The notes under the pieces were generated by a model, which ran no database searches, was not told the origin of the DNA, and was given only the letters and a program-made list of their open reading frames with translations. This document shows positions 10,769 through 21,780 of a DNA stretch of 64,000 bases, piece by piece. The stretch lies in NCBI GenBank assembly GCA_913058245.1, contig CAJXQJ010000014.1, positions 8,535 to 72,534 on the forward strand, in the 5' to 3' direction. Each line of letters begins with the position of its first letter. The stretch's first letter is position 1. This stretch comes from an uncultured Colwellia sp. (lineage in GTDB: Bacteria > Pseudomonadota > Gammaproteobacteria > Enterobacterales > Alteromonadaceae). The position numbers were made by a program, and so were the translations under genes.

Positions 10769-12091
10769 CTATTGGGAGCTTAGAAATGCATTGATTTCAT
10801 TATTAATTACCTTAGTAGACTTAATCCAAGGCTGGCGTGCTTGAATTGTTGCAGGCATAGCTGATAATTCTTGCTGGGCTAATAATTTATCACTAAAAAC
10901 AGGACTGGTAATAACGTAAACAGGCGCGTTATTTAATAGCCTTTGATATATATGAAAATCAACACCATCTAAGCTTGCTAAAAATTCGGCGGGTAAGTTT
11001 AACTCGCGAAACGCAGCAATTTGAATCACATATCCATCAATATTATTAAGGTAGTAGTTGTTATTGACTTCAGTCGCTTGTTGAGTTGCAACTTTAGCTG
11101 CCAATGGTTTATCAACATTGGCATCTAGTGCTTCTATACCATTTACCTCACCATCATCTTCCTCTACCGAAATAGATGTCATCGCTAGCATAATATCATT
11201 AGCTGTTGCCGGCATGATTTCTTCTTCAATAACTTGCTCCTTAAACTTTTCAGGTTCAGTTAGTGATAAAAATATGTCATTTGCTTTTGCAGTTTGCGCT
11301 GTCGGTTTCGGTTCGCTAATTAATACGGTTGGTTGTGGTTTTGTTAACACGGTGTTTAGTTCAACAATGCTACTGCCTTTACTTTCAGCATTTAACGGCT
11401 GAGCGAAATTAAAACTATTTTGCTGTAATAAAATAATAATGCTGGCAGCTACTAAAACCAAAGCAATAACAAATGATGCTAACCACTTATTAATTTTAAG
11501 TGCATACCATTTAGGCTTAGGCGCATTGAAAATAGCAGAATTAATTGGCAACAGCTGGCCTGATTGCGCCGACAATAAGGTTAACTTGTTTTGAAACAAA
11601 CTTTTGTTTTCTTGTACCTTGATACCTGTTTGCGGTGAACCAAACATAACAATATTGATAACCAAGTTCGCTTTTTTAGCAATTGCTGCCAATTGCACGA
11701 CTTCATGTAATATTTGTAAAGATAAATGCTGGCTGTTATCAAGAACTACTGCAATCGCTTGCTGAGATTTACGCGCCAAATTAATAACACTAACCGCAAG
11801 AGAAATTTCCGGATCAAATAATTCACCGGCTGAAAGCTGTTCAATGATACGACAACGAATTTGGATGTCATTAAATTGCGCAGATAAAGAAATATACGCA
11901 GCATTATGCTGTTCGGGGATTGTTGCAATAAATTGATTAGTGATTTGGCCATTTTGCTCTGTGCTTTCATCAACAACAATTATTGCTTGCTTTGAAAATC
12001 TTAGAATATAATCGATACGCGCATTTGCACTAATTTTAGTGACACTGGTTTTATCGTCGGATAAGCCAATATTTTTGATTAACGCAGACAT
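10769..12091 (-). CDS. DamX-like protein (degenerate AAA-like N-domain, TM helix, C-terminal SPOR domain)
   Basis: Lies between aroB and dam. Central TM helix; SPOR-like C-terminus (YVIQIAAF...QPWIKS). Confidence 0.7.
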   Translation of the reverse strand: MSALIKNIGLSDDKTSVTKISANARIDYILRFSKQAIIVVDESTEQNGQITNQFIATIPEQHNAAYISLSAQFNDIQIRCRIIEQLSAGELFDPEISLAVSVINLARKSQQAIAVVLDNSQHLSLQILHEVVQLAAIAKKANLVINIVMFGSPQTGIKVQENKSLFQNKLTLLSAQSGQLLPINSAIFNAPKPKWYALKINKWLASFVIALVLVAASIIILLQQNSFNFAQPLNAESKGSSIVELNTVLTKPQPTVLISEPKPTAQTAKANDIFLSLTEPEKFKEQVIEEEIMPATANDIMLAMTSISVEEDDGEVNGIEALDANVDKPLAAKVATQQATEVNNNYYLNNIDGYVIQIAAFRELNLPAEFLASLDGVDFHIYQRLLNNAPVYVITSPVFSDKLLAQQELSAMPATIQARQPWIKSTKVINNEINAFLSSQ

Positions 12092-12110
12092 GCTTCACCT
12101 ATTCTGAATA

Positions 12111-13175
12111 TTACAGAATTTGCTGAAGTAACTCCTCACTGACGTCATCGTTTATTTCAGATTGGCCAATAGCGGTCGGAAGAATAAAACGTAGTTTACC
12201 TGCTAAATTCTTTTTATCACGACGCATATGACAAATAAACTCTTCAAAGCCCATATTTTCTGGCGCGACTAACGGTAAGTCAAACGCTAAAAGCAGTGCT
12301 TCAATGCGACGAAGATCTGACACTTCAAGCAAACTCATTGCGACTGCAAGTTTTGCAGCAAGTACCATGCCAGTAGCAACGGCTTCACCATGCAACCATT
12401 TTCCATACCCTTGATCAGCTTCAATGGCGTGACCAAAAGTGTGACCCAGGTTTAATAATGCACGAACACCTGATTCTGTTTCATCTGTAGCAACAATATC
12501 AGCCTTACATTGGCAACAGCGCTCAATCATATAAGCTAGTGTGCCTGTATCGCCTTTTTTAATATCGTTAGTATGTTGTTCTAACCAAGTAAAAAACTCA
12601 CCATCACCTAATATGCCATACTTGATCACTTCCGAAATACCAGCATTAAATTCACGTGCTGGCAGACTTTTTAGAGATGCTAAGTCAATGAATACCGCTT
12701 TAGGTTGGTAAAAAGCGCCAATCATATTTTTACCTAGTGGATGATTAACTGCTGTTTTTCCGCCAACTGAAGAATCTACTTGTGATAACACCGTTGTGGG
12801 TACTTGAATAAAGTCAATGCCACGCTGGTAACATGCTGCGGCAAAACCTGTGATGTCACCAATAACACCACCACCAAGCGCAATTAACGTTGTATCGCGA
12901 CCATGATTGCCCGCAAGTAAATGCGACATAATAACGTCAAAATTCGCTAAGCTTTTTTCCGCTTCACCATCAGGTAAAATGACTTCGTCAATATCAAAAT
13001 GCTTTAAGGCTTCTTTTAATGTCGGAGCATAAAGAGGCGCAACGATATCATTAGAAACAATACAAACACGTTTACTGCGGATATGACTAGACAGCAGGTC
13101 GCTATTTGATAATATCCCGCTGTCTATATAGATTGGATAACTACGTGTGCCGAGTTCAACCTGAAGTGTGGTCAT
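12111..13175 (-). CDS. aroB: 3-dehydroquinate synthase
   Basis: [27 protein letters not shown] and HGEAV motifs. Confidence 0.98.
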   Translation of the reverse strand: MTTLQVELGTRSYPIYIDSGILSNSDLLSSHIRSKRVCIVSNDIVAPLYAPTLKEALKHFDIDEVILPDGEAEKSLANFDVIMSHLLAGNHGRDTTLIALGGGVIGDITGFAAACYQRGIDFIQVPTTVLSQVDSSVGGKTAVNHPLGKNMIGAFYQPKAVFIDLASLKSLPAREFNAGISEVIKYGILGDGEFFTWLEQHTNDIKKGDTGTLAYMIERCCQCKADIVATDETESGVRALLNLGHTFGHAIEADQGYGKWLHGEAVATGMVLAAKLAVAMSLLEVSDLRRIEALLLAFDLPLVAPENMGFEEFICHMRRDKKNLAGKLRFILPTAIGQSEINDDVSEELLQQIL

Positions 13176-13186
13176 AGTAGCTTCGT

Positions 13187-13705
13187 TTAAAAATCTAAAC
13201 GCTCTACTATTTTACTTGCAACAACTTTCGCGCTTTGATCATCCGTTTGCACGATAACATCGGCAATTTCTTCATATAACGGATTACGTTCAACAGCTAA
13301 GTTTTCAAGTACTTTTCTTGGTTCTTCATCGGTTTGTAGAAGAGGTCTGCGTCTATCTCTTTGCGTACGGGCAACTTGTTTATCAATAGTTGTTTCTAGG
13401 TAAACCACAATGCCACGGGCTGATAAGCGATTACGAACTTGGCTACTGATCACAGATCCGCCACCTGTCGCTAAAACAATACCCTGCTTTTCGCTTAAGT
13501 CTTCAATAACCGACTCTTCTCTTTTACGAAAACCTTCTTCGCCTTCAAGATCAAAAACCCACGCGATATCGGCACCAGTACGACGCTCAATTTCTTGGTC
13601 CGAATCAAAAAACTCTAGATGTAGTTTATCTGCTAATTCTCTACCAATGGTGCTTTTGCCTGCGCCCATAGGGCCTACAAGGAAAATATTACGTTTTTCT
13701 GCCAT
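13187..13705 (-). CDS. aroK: Shikimate kinase
   Basis: [14 protein letters not shown] and RPLL motifs. Confidence 0.98.
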   Translation of the reverse strand: MAEKRNIFLVGPMGAGKSTIGRELADKLHLEFFDSDQEIERRTGADIAWVFDLEGEEGFRKREESVIEDLSEKQGIVLATGGGSVISSQVRNRLSARGIVVYLETTIDKQVARTQRDRRRPLLQTDEEPRKVLENLAVERNPLYEEIADVIVQTDDQSAKVVASKIVERLDF

Positions 13706-13850
13706 TAGATTAATTAATACTCGTTTTATTTATTACGTGAACAGGTAAGAGGGAACCTCCCTCGAAAATTTTAAGGGCGCAATTATCGCAATTGTTGGGT
13801 ACAAATTGCAAGCATGTAAGATGAAAACACCACCTTACATGCAAATTAAC

Positions 13851-15908
13851 TTAAAATCTTTCGGTAACTATGCGCGGTGTCACAAAAATTAGTAGCTCTT
13901 TTTTCTCATTAAAGTTACTACTATTTCTAAACATCCAGCCAAAATAAGGTATATCTCCTAATACTGGCACCTTAGATACTGAGCTAATTATTTGCTGCTG
14001 ATAAATACCACCTAAGACGATAGTTTCACCATTATTAACTAATACTTGTGTACCGATTCGCTGCGTATCAATTGCTGGTGCCGTACCATTAGTCACATCA
14101 GAAACCGTATCTTGCGTTACTACTAAGTCTAAAATAATACGATCATCGGGGGTGATGTGTGGCGTTACTGTTAAACTCAGTACCGCTTTTTTAAATTGTA
14201 CTGATGTCGCGCCACTTGATGCCGCTTCTTGATACGGTATTTCAACACCCTGCTCTATATAGGCTTCTTTTTGATTTGCAGTGGTAATGCGCGGGCTCGC
14301 AATAATTTCACCTTTGTTTTCTTTTTCCATCGCACTTAATTCAAGATCAAGAATAGTACCGTCAGCAAGACGCGCTACTTGAAAAGCAATACTACCGGCA
14401 GGATTTGTCACAGGTAAATTTACATTTAGGCGATCCTTAAGGGACGGCGCTGTACCAGCATTAGCACTACCTGTGCCTCCCAAAGAGCCAGAAATTGCAG
14501 AATCACTACCTGTATCGGTCACACCCCAACGAATTCCTAAATCTTCTTTAATATTATCTTTCACTGTAACCATACGTGATTCAATAATCACCTGGCGTAC
14601 TGGGATATCAAGAACAGACACCATACGCTTAATGTCTTCAATACTATTGGCGGTATCTCGAATTAATAGTGTATTAGTACGTTCATCAACACTAACGCTG
14701 CCTCGGTCAGACAGAATGCTGTTTTCTTCATTCTTAATTAAAGCGGCAAATTCCGCTGCTTTCGCATAGTTAACTTGCACATATTCAGAATACAGCGGCG
14801 CTAACTCTTCCACCTGCTGCTGCGCTTGTAAATCACGCGCTTCTCTAGCCGCTAATTCATCACTTGGCGCAACCATTAAAATATTGCCTTCCATGCGCTT
14901 GTCTAAACCTTTCACTTTTAAAATAATATCAAGTGCTTGGTCCCAAGGAACGCCATCAAGTCTCAAAGTAATATTGCCAGCAACTGTATCACTGGTAACT
15001 AAGTTAAAACCGTTATAATCAGCGATTATCTGTAATACAGTACGTACTGAGATATCCTGGAAATTTAATGAAATTGCTCGACCGCTAAAATCTTCCTCTG
15101 CATCTAGATAACCGACTTCTTTTTCCTTTGCCGATACTGTTAGTGAAAATACATCATTTAATTGCTGATGCTTAAATTCAAAAACACCATTAATATCAAC
15201 AACTAAGCGTGCGTTACGCCCTTCTTTAAAAGTCTCAATACCTGTCACTAAAGTGCCAAAATCAGTAACATCGAGTTTATAAATATAATCTTCTAAAATT
15301 TCTGTGTTATGAAATTCAATATAGAGCTTGCCTAACTTATCACTAACGTCTACTGCAACCTTACTGTCTATTAACTTCACTAGTAATTGTGCTTCGTTTT
15401 GCGCACCGCGTTTGAAATCAATATTATCAATTTGATTAATAAAGCCGCTTCCTAAAGGGATTAGCTGGGTTACTGTTTTATTTACTTCGCCAGTATTTAA
15501 AGTCAAGGCAAATGTATTATCACGTTGGTTAACATCAAAAATTGATAAATGGTTTAAATTGACTGTCGCGACGACTTTACCCGCAAGCTTTTGCACATTA
15601 ACGTTTTTAACACCAGCATGCTCTATTAATGTTGAGGAAAGGTTAGGGTTAAATTGCTCAGCATTAAAGGTAATTTTCACTTGTGCTGGCGTAACAGAGG
15701 TTGAAATTTCTGGCTGAATAACAATATTTTCAGACAGTTCGAAAACAAGCTCAATTTCGTTATTCTGAATAGTGTTGTATGTTATTCCTGTTAGCTCATT
15801 TGCTGACAAAAAACTCGATGCAAAACATAGCAAAGTGACAGCAATTAACTTCATTTTTTTACCATATGTCATAAGATTTTTAATTTTCATTTTTTTTAAT
15901 AGCAACAT
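13851..15908 (-). CDS. pilQ: Type IV pilus secretin PilQ (start uncertain)
   Basis: ISLNFQDI, VPWDQAL and C-terminal secretin motif VPVLGDIPYFGWMF...ELLIFVTPRI. Confidence 0.95.
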   Translation of the reverse strand: MLLLKKMKIKNLMTYGKKMKLIAVTLLCFASSFLSANELTGITYNTIQNNEIELVFELSENIVIQPEISTSVTPAQVKITFNAEQFNPNLSSTLIEHAGVKNVNVQKLAGKVVATVNLNHLSIFDVNQRDNTFALTLNTGEVNKTVTQLIPLGSGFINQIDNIDFKRGAQNEAQLLVKLIDSKVAVDVSDKLGKLYIEFHNTEILEDYIYKLDVTDFGTLVTGIETFKEGRNARLVVDINGVFEFKHQQLNDVFSLTVSAKEKEVGYLDAEEDFSGRAISLNFQDISVRTVLQIIADYNGFNLVTSDTVAGNITLRLDGVPWDQALDIILKVKGLDKRMEGNILMVAPSDELAAREARDLQAQQQVEELAPLYSEYVQVNYAKAAEFAALIKNEENSILSDRGSVSVDERTNTLLIRDTANSIEDIKRMVSVLDIPVRQVIIESRMVTVKDNIKEDLGIRWGVTDTGSDSAISGSLGGTGSANAGTAPSLKDRLNVNLPVTNPAGSIAFQVARLADGTILDLELSAMEKENKGEIIASPRITTANQKEAYIEQGVEIPYQEAASSGATSVQFKKAVLSLTVTPHITPDDRIILDLVVTQDTVSDVTNGTAPAIDTQRIGTQVLVNNGETIVLGGIYQQQIISSVSKVPVLGDIPYFGWMFRNSSNFNEKKELLIFVTPRIVTERF

Positions 15909-16441
15909 TAATTCCTTTGCCCCTCTGCACTTGTTTCCGTCATGGTAACGACTGTTTCACGTTCCACCCAGCACCCAGCGCCATCTGGGATTAACTCTAA
16001 TACTTTGACATTATCTTGGCTTACCGCTGTAATTCGACCGTTAAATAACCCGACATAACTACCAACCGCAATGCGATGTAAGGTTTTATCTGACGCTTCT
16101 ACTAACGCCCATGTTACGCCAAGTTCACCTAACGTTCCTCGCATAACCAGATCGCTCAATGAGAATTTCTCTAAAGGTTGTTTCCTACGACGCGGATCAG
16201 GGCTCAAACATCCTGACATTTGTTGAATTTTTTCTTGAATCGCCTCAGGTTTAGGAACATCAAATGGACTTCTCAACGTTTGTGCTGAATAATCAAAATG
16301 GTCAAAAACTGTAACGGCCGGCATAGGAGCAATATTACTTGTAGCACTCGCTTGTACAGTGGCAATATGCACTTTCAAGTCACTAGTATCGTCAAAACAT
16401 CCCGTTAGTAAAACAACAAGAAGTAGCGCTAATTTTTTCAT
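15908..16441 (-). CDS. pilP: Type IV pilus lipoprotein PilP
   Basis: Lipobox LTGC; LRSPF and KQPLEKF motifs; operon position. Confidence 0.93.
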   Translation of the reverse strand: MKKLALLLVVLLTGCFDDTSDLKVHIATVQASATSNIAPMPAVTVFDHFDYSAQTLRSPFDVPKPEAIQEKIQQMSGCLSPDPRRRKQPLEKFSLSDLVMRGTLGELGVTWALVEASDKTLHRIAVGSYVGLFNGRITAVSQDNVKVLELIPDGAGCWVERETVVTMTETSAEGQRN

Positions 16442-17046
16442 TGTGCGGTGGCCTCTCGATAACGGTAGGTTTTAGCTTGTAACTTTAATTTTAATTCGCC
16501 AGGAGTTGAACCTTTAAGGTTGATATCAAAATTATGTAACGTCACAATTCTTGGTAAACCAGCAATTCGACTAACGAACTCACCAAATTCATGATAAGTA
16601 CCTAATACTTCTATATCTATTGGCAGTTCAATGTAAATTTCCTGCTCAATTTCTGGTTGCCAATTCAATTTAACAAAATCAAGCCCCGTTGTGGTACCAA
16701 CAAAGGTAATATCGTCGAGTAAACCCGGTGTTTCGTGGCTTTCAGGTAAACTTTTCAATTGATTAGCAAACATTGATTCAGCTTCGATCATTTGCTGCTC
16801 AAATAGCTCTAAATTAGCGGCAATATGATACTTGGCCTGATACTGTTGCTTTAACGTAACTTCCTCAGCTGTAACACGCTCTAAATGGCTAATACGATCG
16901 CTAATCATCAAGGCGTAACCTAACCCTAATACCAAAACAACAATAAACACTGAAAGTAATATTTTTGCCGCTTTTGGCCATTGCGCAATATTATCTAGTT
17001 CTAAGCCACTAAATTGCTCCATAAACTCTGATAAATCAAAATTCAT
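16438..17046 (-). CDS. pilO: Type IV pilus protein PilO
   Basis: YIELPI and LPRIVTLH motifs; operon position. Confidence 0.93.
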   Translation of the reverse strand: MNFDLSEFMEQFSGLELDNIAQWPKAAKILLSVFIVVLVLGLGYALMISDRISHLERVTAEEVTLKQQYQAKYHIAANLELFEQQMIEAESMFANQLKSLPESHETPGLLDDITFVGTTTGLDFVKLNWQPEIEQEIYIELPIDIEVLGTYHEFGEFVSRIAGLPRIVTLHNFDINLKGSTPGELKLKLQAKTYRYREATAQ

Positions 17047-17624
17047 TATGAGCCTCCTTGTGATTTAACACTATTGAGATTAATTAGCCCTTTAATGCGA
17101 ACCCGCATTTTAAAATCACTTAGTAACTTACTTTTTGCGTCGTTGGAGGTGATCGATTCGAGTACCGCATCATCAAATAAATCTGAGCGTTCAATTTCTC
17201 TAATCATATTTGCTAAATGGTTATTGGACTCACTTTTTCCGGTGATATTTAAGCTATTATCTTGTTTTTCTAAACGCGTTAAATAAATACCATTCGGAAC
17301 AATTTTAGCAATTTCATCTAACACTTGCGTACCCACATTACGGCTGCGCTGTAACTGTTCAACAACACTAGTACGCTTTTTTAATTCCTTTTTCTTTTCA
17401 TTCAAAGACTTTATTTTTGCAATGCGTAAATCCAGTATTTGAATTTCGTTTTTCAAAAATTGATTGCGAGCAACTTGGCCGTCTATACGCATTTGATAAA
17501 ACTGATTTACTAAAAATACGATGGCAAAAGCACTCAATGCTACTGCGGTTAAAACGCTAAAAAATGCACGTTGTTTAGCTTTCTCAGCTTCTTCTCGCCA
17601 TGGTAATAAATTTATATATGCCAT
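17046..17624 (-). CDS. pilN: Type IV pilus protein PilN
   Basis: INLLPWRE N-terminal motif followed by a TM helix. Confidence 0.94.
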   Translation of the reverse strand: MAYINLLPWREEAEKAKQRAFFSVLTAVALSAFAIVFLVNQFYQMRIDGQVARNQFLKNEIQILDLRIAKIKSLNEKKKELKKRTSVVEQLQRSRNVGTQVLDEIAKIVPNGIYLTRLEKQDNSLNITGKSESNNHLANMIREIERSDLFDDAVLESITSNDAKSKLLSDFKMRVRIKGLINLNSVKSQGGS

Positions 17625-18691
17625 GGAACAAAACTCCTTAATGCTAAGCCTGCCGCAACCATCAAGCGAGGTGCTGTTTTAGCTAATTCATCTTTATTGA
17701 TGTTACTAGAAATTTCCATACCTTCAAAAGGGTTAGCAATAACAGTATGTATGCCCAACTCTTCAGTCAGTAATTGTTCAACTCCTTCAACTAAAGCACT
17801 ACCGCCAGAGATAACTAGATAGTCTATTTTTTCTTTACCGCTGGTGGTTAAAAACATTTGAATAGCACGACGTATTTGTTGTACTAAAATGGTATGAAAC
17901 GGTGCTAATACTTCAAAGGTATAATTGGGCGGTAAATCATCTGTTAACTTTGCAATTTCTGCTTCTTCAAATGACTTATTGTAGTAGGAAACAATCGAAC
18001 GAGTATATTGCTCTCCGCCGAATAATTGATCTCGGCTATAAATATGATTGCCCGCTTCACTAACGGAAAATAACGTCATGGTTGCGCCAATATCTACTGT
18101 TGCGACAACTTTGTCGCTAGCATCATCCGGTAATTGTGCCAAAGTTAAGTCATAACCTCGACTAACCGCATATGATTCAACGTCGATAACTTTAGTATCA
18201 AAACCACCAGCTTCTAGTGCCGCAACCCGCGCTTCAACTGACTCAGTTCGCGCCGCACTTAATAAAACATTAATTTTACTTGGATCAGACTCATTAATAT
18301 CGAGTGATTCAAAATCTAAACTTACTTCATCAAGCGGGTAAGGGATTAAGCTATCAGCTTCAATTTCTATCTGGCTTGCTAACTCATGTTCCGTTAGCGC
18401 CACATCCATATAAATGATTTTAGTGATTACAGTTTGCCCGGAAACGGCTGACGCGGCATGGGTAATCGAAGAGGATATTTTTTTACGAATTTTAGCGACA
18501 ACTTTACCAACAGCATCAATATCTTGAATTTCCCTGTCAACTATTGCTCCTCTGGGCATAGGTTCAATAGCGATAGTTTCGAGCACATAACCATTGTCAT
18601 TCTGGTTTAATAAAACAGCTTTAATAGAATGTGAACCAATGTCGATCCCGACCATTAAGGAGGTTTTCTTTTTCCATAAACTACTTAACAT
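17612..18691 (-). CDS. pilM: Type IV pilus actin-like protein PilM
   Basis: GIDIGSHSIK, DIGA and AAGLALR motifs; divergent from mrcA. Confidence 0.95.
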   Translation of the reverse strand: MLSSLWKKKTSLMVGIDIGSHSIKAVLLNQNDNGYVLETIAIEPMPRGAIVDREIQDIDAVGKVVAKIRKKISSSITHAASAVSGQTVITKIIYMDVALTEHELASQIEIEADSLIPYPLDEVSLDFESLDINESDPSKINVLLSAARTESVEARVAALEAGGFDTKVIDVESYAVSRGYDLTLAQLPDDASDKVVATVDIGATMTLFSVSEAGNHIYSRDQLFGGEQYTRSIVSYYNKSFEEAEIAKLTDDLPPNYTFEVLAPFHTILVQQIRRAIQMFLTTSGKEKIDYLVISGGSALVEGVEQLLTEELGIHTVIANPFEGMEISSNINKDELAKTAPRLMVAAGLALRSFVPWHI

Positions 18692-18822
18692 AGAACCCTA
18701 CTAGAACATTTTATTATAATAATATTAGGCATAAAATTCGTATAAATACATTTATTACATGCTTTTACACGATATACTAGTACTATTACATCATTTTTAT
18801 AAACTTTATTGAGCATTTTTTT

Positions 18823-21390
18823 GTGTTTTCTATAAAAAACCTGTTAAAAGCAGCCTCGTTGCTAATATTTCTTGGAGTTCTAGCGCTCGTTGGCATTTAT
18901 TTCTCTATGCGCGCTAATTTACCCAGTGTTGAATCACTTCGTGATCTACAGTGGCAAACCCCGATGCAAATATTCAGCGCCGATGGCAAATTAATCTCAC
19001 AGTTCGGTGAAAAAAAACGTATTCCCCTAACATTAGAAGAAATGCCAGAACAACTAATTAATGCGGTATTGGCGATCGAAGATGACAGGTTTTATTTGCA
19101 CTTTGGTGTCGACCCCATTGGGATGGGCCGAGCGGTTATGGGCCAGCTAATGGGGCAAAATAAAGGCGGTGCTAGTACCATCACCATGCAGGTTGCCCGA
19201 AACTTCTTCCTAACACGTGAACAAACATATGTTCGTAAAATTCGTGAAATATTTATTTCTTTTCATATTGAAAGCCTATTAACGAAAGATGAAATTCTAG
19301 CGTTATATATGAATAAAATATCCTTAGGCCATCGTTCCTTTGGTTTTGGTGCTGCTGCACAAGTTTATTATGGTAAAGATGTAAAAGAGCTTACTTTGGC
19401 ACAAATTGCGGTGCTTGCAGGCTTGCCAAAAGCGCCATCAACCATGAATCCAATTAGCCGCCCGTTACGGGCAAAAAACCGCCGTAGCGTTGTATTGCAG
19501 CGCATGTATGTCGCCGGTTACATCGATTCAAATCAACTCGCTATTGCCAACGCTGCGCCAATTACTGCTAAAAAACATGGCGCAGAAATAGAGCTAGATG
19601 CACCATATATTGCTGAAATGGCTCATCAGGAAATGATCGAACGCTACGGAAAAGAAGCGGCATATACTGGCGGTTTTAAGGTATTCACTACTGTGCCATC
19701 AAAATTACAACATGCAGCCCAAAAGGCCGTTGTTGATAATATTTTCGCGTATGACCAACGCCACGGCTATCGCGGTCCAATTGCGTCTTTGCGCCCTAAT
19801 ACAGATGAAATAACTAATGATAAGACGTTAGCTGCTAAAGAATTTCCTTTAACTGAAGATGAAATTCAACAAGCTTTATTAGGAATAAAAAGTTATCAAT
19901 CATTAACGCCTGCCGTAGTAACAGACATATTTGAACAAGCAATTATGGTGCAACTTAAAGACGGAACCGTTATTGAAATTAACTGGCAAGGTTTATCTTG
20001 GGCAAGAGAGTTTTTAAATGACGACAAACAAGCAGTACCACCAAAAACAGCGGATGAAGTAGTCGATTATGGTGATGTTGTTATGGTTGCGCCAAATAAC
20101 GAGGGTAGTTATAGGCTGAGTCAATTACCTGATGTGAGTTCAGCTTTAGTTTCACTTGACACTGATAATGGCGCGATTAAAGCCGCTGTTGGCGGATTTA
20201 GTTTTGCGCAAAGTCAATTCAACCGAGTAACACAAGCCAAACGTCAAGTTGGCTCAAATATTAAACCATTTATTTATTCTGCCGCTTTAGACAGTGGTTA
20301 TACCTTAGCTTCTATTGTAAATGACACGCCAATTAACCAGTGGGATAGAAGTTCAGGTGTCGTTTGGCGGCCAAAAAATTCACCACCGGTTTATAACGGT
20401 GAAATACGTTTACGCTTAGCGCTTGCTCAATCGAAAAATGTTATCGCAGTTCGATTACTACGCGATGTTGGTTTAAATAAGATTATTCCATATTTAGCAT
20501 CATTTGGTTTTGATCCTGACGACCTTCCACGCAACGAATCTTTGGCGCTTGGTTCTGCGTCATTAACACCGTTAGAAGTAGCGACCGGATTTGCCACTTT
20601 TGCTAATGGTGGTTTTTTAGTTGAACCTTATCTTATTGAGCGTATTGAAGACTCCTTCGGTAAAGTTTTATATCAAGCCAATCCTGCATTTGCATGTGAT
20701 GAGTGTCTACAAGAAAACGACATTGCTTTACTAACAGAAAGTAATATTGAAGAACTCAATGAAAATGTGGCAACTGAAAATGTTGGCGAACCGATTATAG
20801 TGAATAAGGCTGAACGAGTGATCAGTTCACAAAATGCTTTCTTAATTACTGAAGCGTTAAATTCGGCAATTTGGGGTGCTGATTGGAATATAAAACCTTT
20901 TTGGCAAGGCACTGGGTTTCGTGGGCGTGCATTGAAACGACGTGATATTGCCGGTAAAACAGGAACAACAAACCAAGCAAAAGATGCCTGGTTTTCAGGC
21001 TATAGCCGCCGTATAGTCACAACATCTTGGATAGGTTTTGACAACCCAAGCCGTAATCTAGGTAAAACCACTTACAACAGCAATTTAGGTAAAAACCAGA
21101 TTACAGGTAAAGAATTTGGTGCAAAATCAGCTCAGCCAGCCTGGATCAGCTTTATGAAAGAAGCATTAGCAGAACTACCAGTTGAGCCATTTGAACAACC
21201 CGACGCATTAATGTCAGTTCGCATTGATAAAATTTCAGGAAAATTAAGCACTAAAACCGATAAGTCTAGTCGCTTCGAGTACTTTGAATTAGGCTCTGCA
21301 CCAACAGAATATATAAGCCAAGATCACAGTCGAGAAATATTAGACGGCAACAATAATGATGAAGAGCCTGAAGAGGATATTTTTGATTAA
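18823..21390 (+). CDS. mrcA: Penicillin-binding protein 1A
   Basis: Transglycosylase motifs EDDRF and GASTITMQ; transpeptidase motifs SNIK, SKN and KTG. Confidence 0.96.
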   Translation: MFSIKNLLKAASLLIFLGVLALVGIYFSMRANLPSVESLRDLQWQTPMQIFSADGKLISQFGEKKRIPLTLEEMPEQLINAVLAIEDDRFYLHFGVDPIGMGRAVMGQLMGQNKGGASTITMQVARNFFLTREQTYVRKIREIFISFHIESLLTKDEILALYMNKISLGHRSFGFGAAAQVYYGKDVKELTLAQIAVLAGLPKAPSTMNPISRPLRAKNRRSVVLQRMYVAGYIDSNQLAIANAAPITAKKHGAEIELDAPYIAEMAHQEMIERYGKEAAYTGGFKVFTTVPSKLQHAAQKAVVDNIFAYDQRHGYRGPIASLRPNTDEITNDKTLAAKEFPLTEDEIQQALLGIKSYQSLTPAVVTDIFEQAIMVQLKDGTVIEINWQGLSWAREFLNDDKQAVPPKTADEVVDYGDVVMVAPNNEGSYRLSQLPDVSSALVSLDTDNGAIKAAVGGFSFAQSQFNRVTQAKRQVGSNIKPFIYSAALDSGYTLASIVNDTPINQWDRSSGVVWRPKNSPPVYNGEIRLRLALAQSKNVIAVRLLRDVGLNKIIPYLASFGFDPDDLPRNESLALGSASLTPLEVATGFATFANGGFLVEPYLIERIEDSFGKVLYQANPAFACDECLQENDIALLTESNIEELNENVATENVGEPIIVNKAERVISSQNAFLITEALNSAIWGADWNIKPFWQGTGFRGRALKRRDIAGKTGTTNQAKDAWFSGYSRRIVTTSWIGFDNPSRNLGKTTYNSNLGKNQITGKEFGAKSAQPAWISFMKEALAELPVEPFEQPDALMSVRIDKISGKLSTKTDKSSRFEYFELGSAPTEYISQDHSREILDGNNNDEEPEEDIFD

Positions 21391-21415
21391 CCACTAAAAA
21401 GTTTCGTTATACAAC

Positions 21416-21453
21416 ACAGCGAATGAAAAAATTGTTTTCATTCGCTGTTTTTT
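21416..21453 (+). terminator. Intrinsic terminator after mrcA
   Basis: ACAGCGAATGAAAA / TTTTCATTCGCTGT stem followed by a T-run. Confidence 0.8.
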
Positions 21454-21780
21454 CTTCAATATTACGAATTATTTTCCCTTCATAACAATTCAATAACACC
21501 TGTAATTACCTGACCATTTAGTCAACCTAACAAAACCACTAACACACTGTAAAATAAACAAATAATTACAATTATACGGTGATGAATTTTCTTCTTTTAC
21601 GTACATTGCTCATCTTACTAGCATGCTTTCATTTCAAAAAAATGAAAGTTACCTTGAAAACTTTCACAACGAAAGAAAAAAAACTTTCGTTTTGCGCTAC
21701 GATCGCCTAAAATTGCGCCCTCAATCGGAATACCGAAACTAATTATTTAAAAATCGTCATACTTTAGGAGCGAATTCGCT

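Noticed and set aside
21500-21700. AT-rich inverted repeats upstream of pckA as HexR or CRP sites or a riboswitch
   Set aside because: No clean consensus match and no recognisable riboswitch core; probably regulatory but not assignable.
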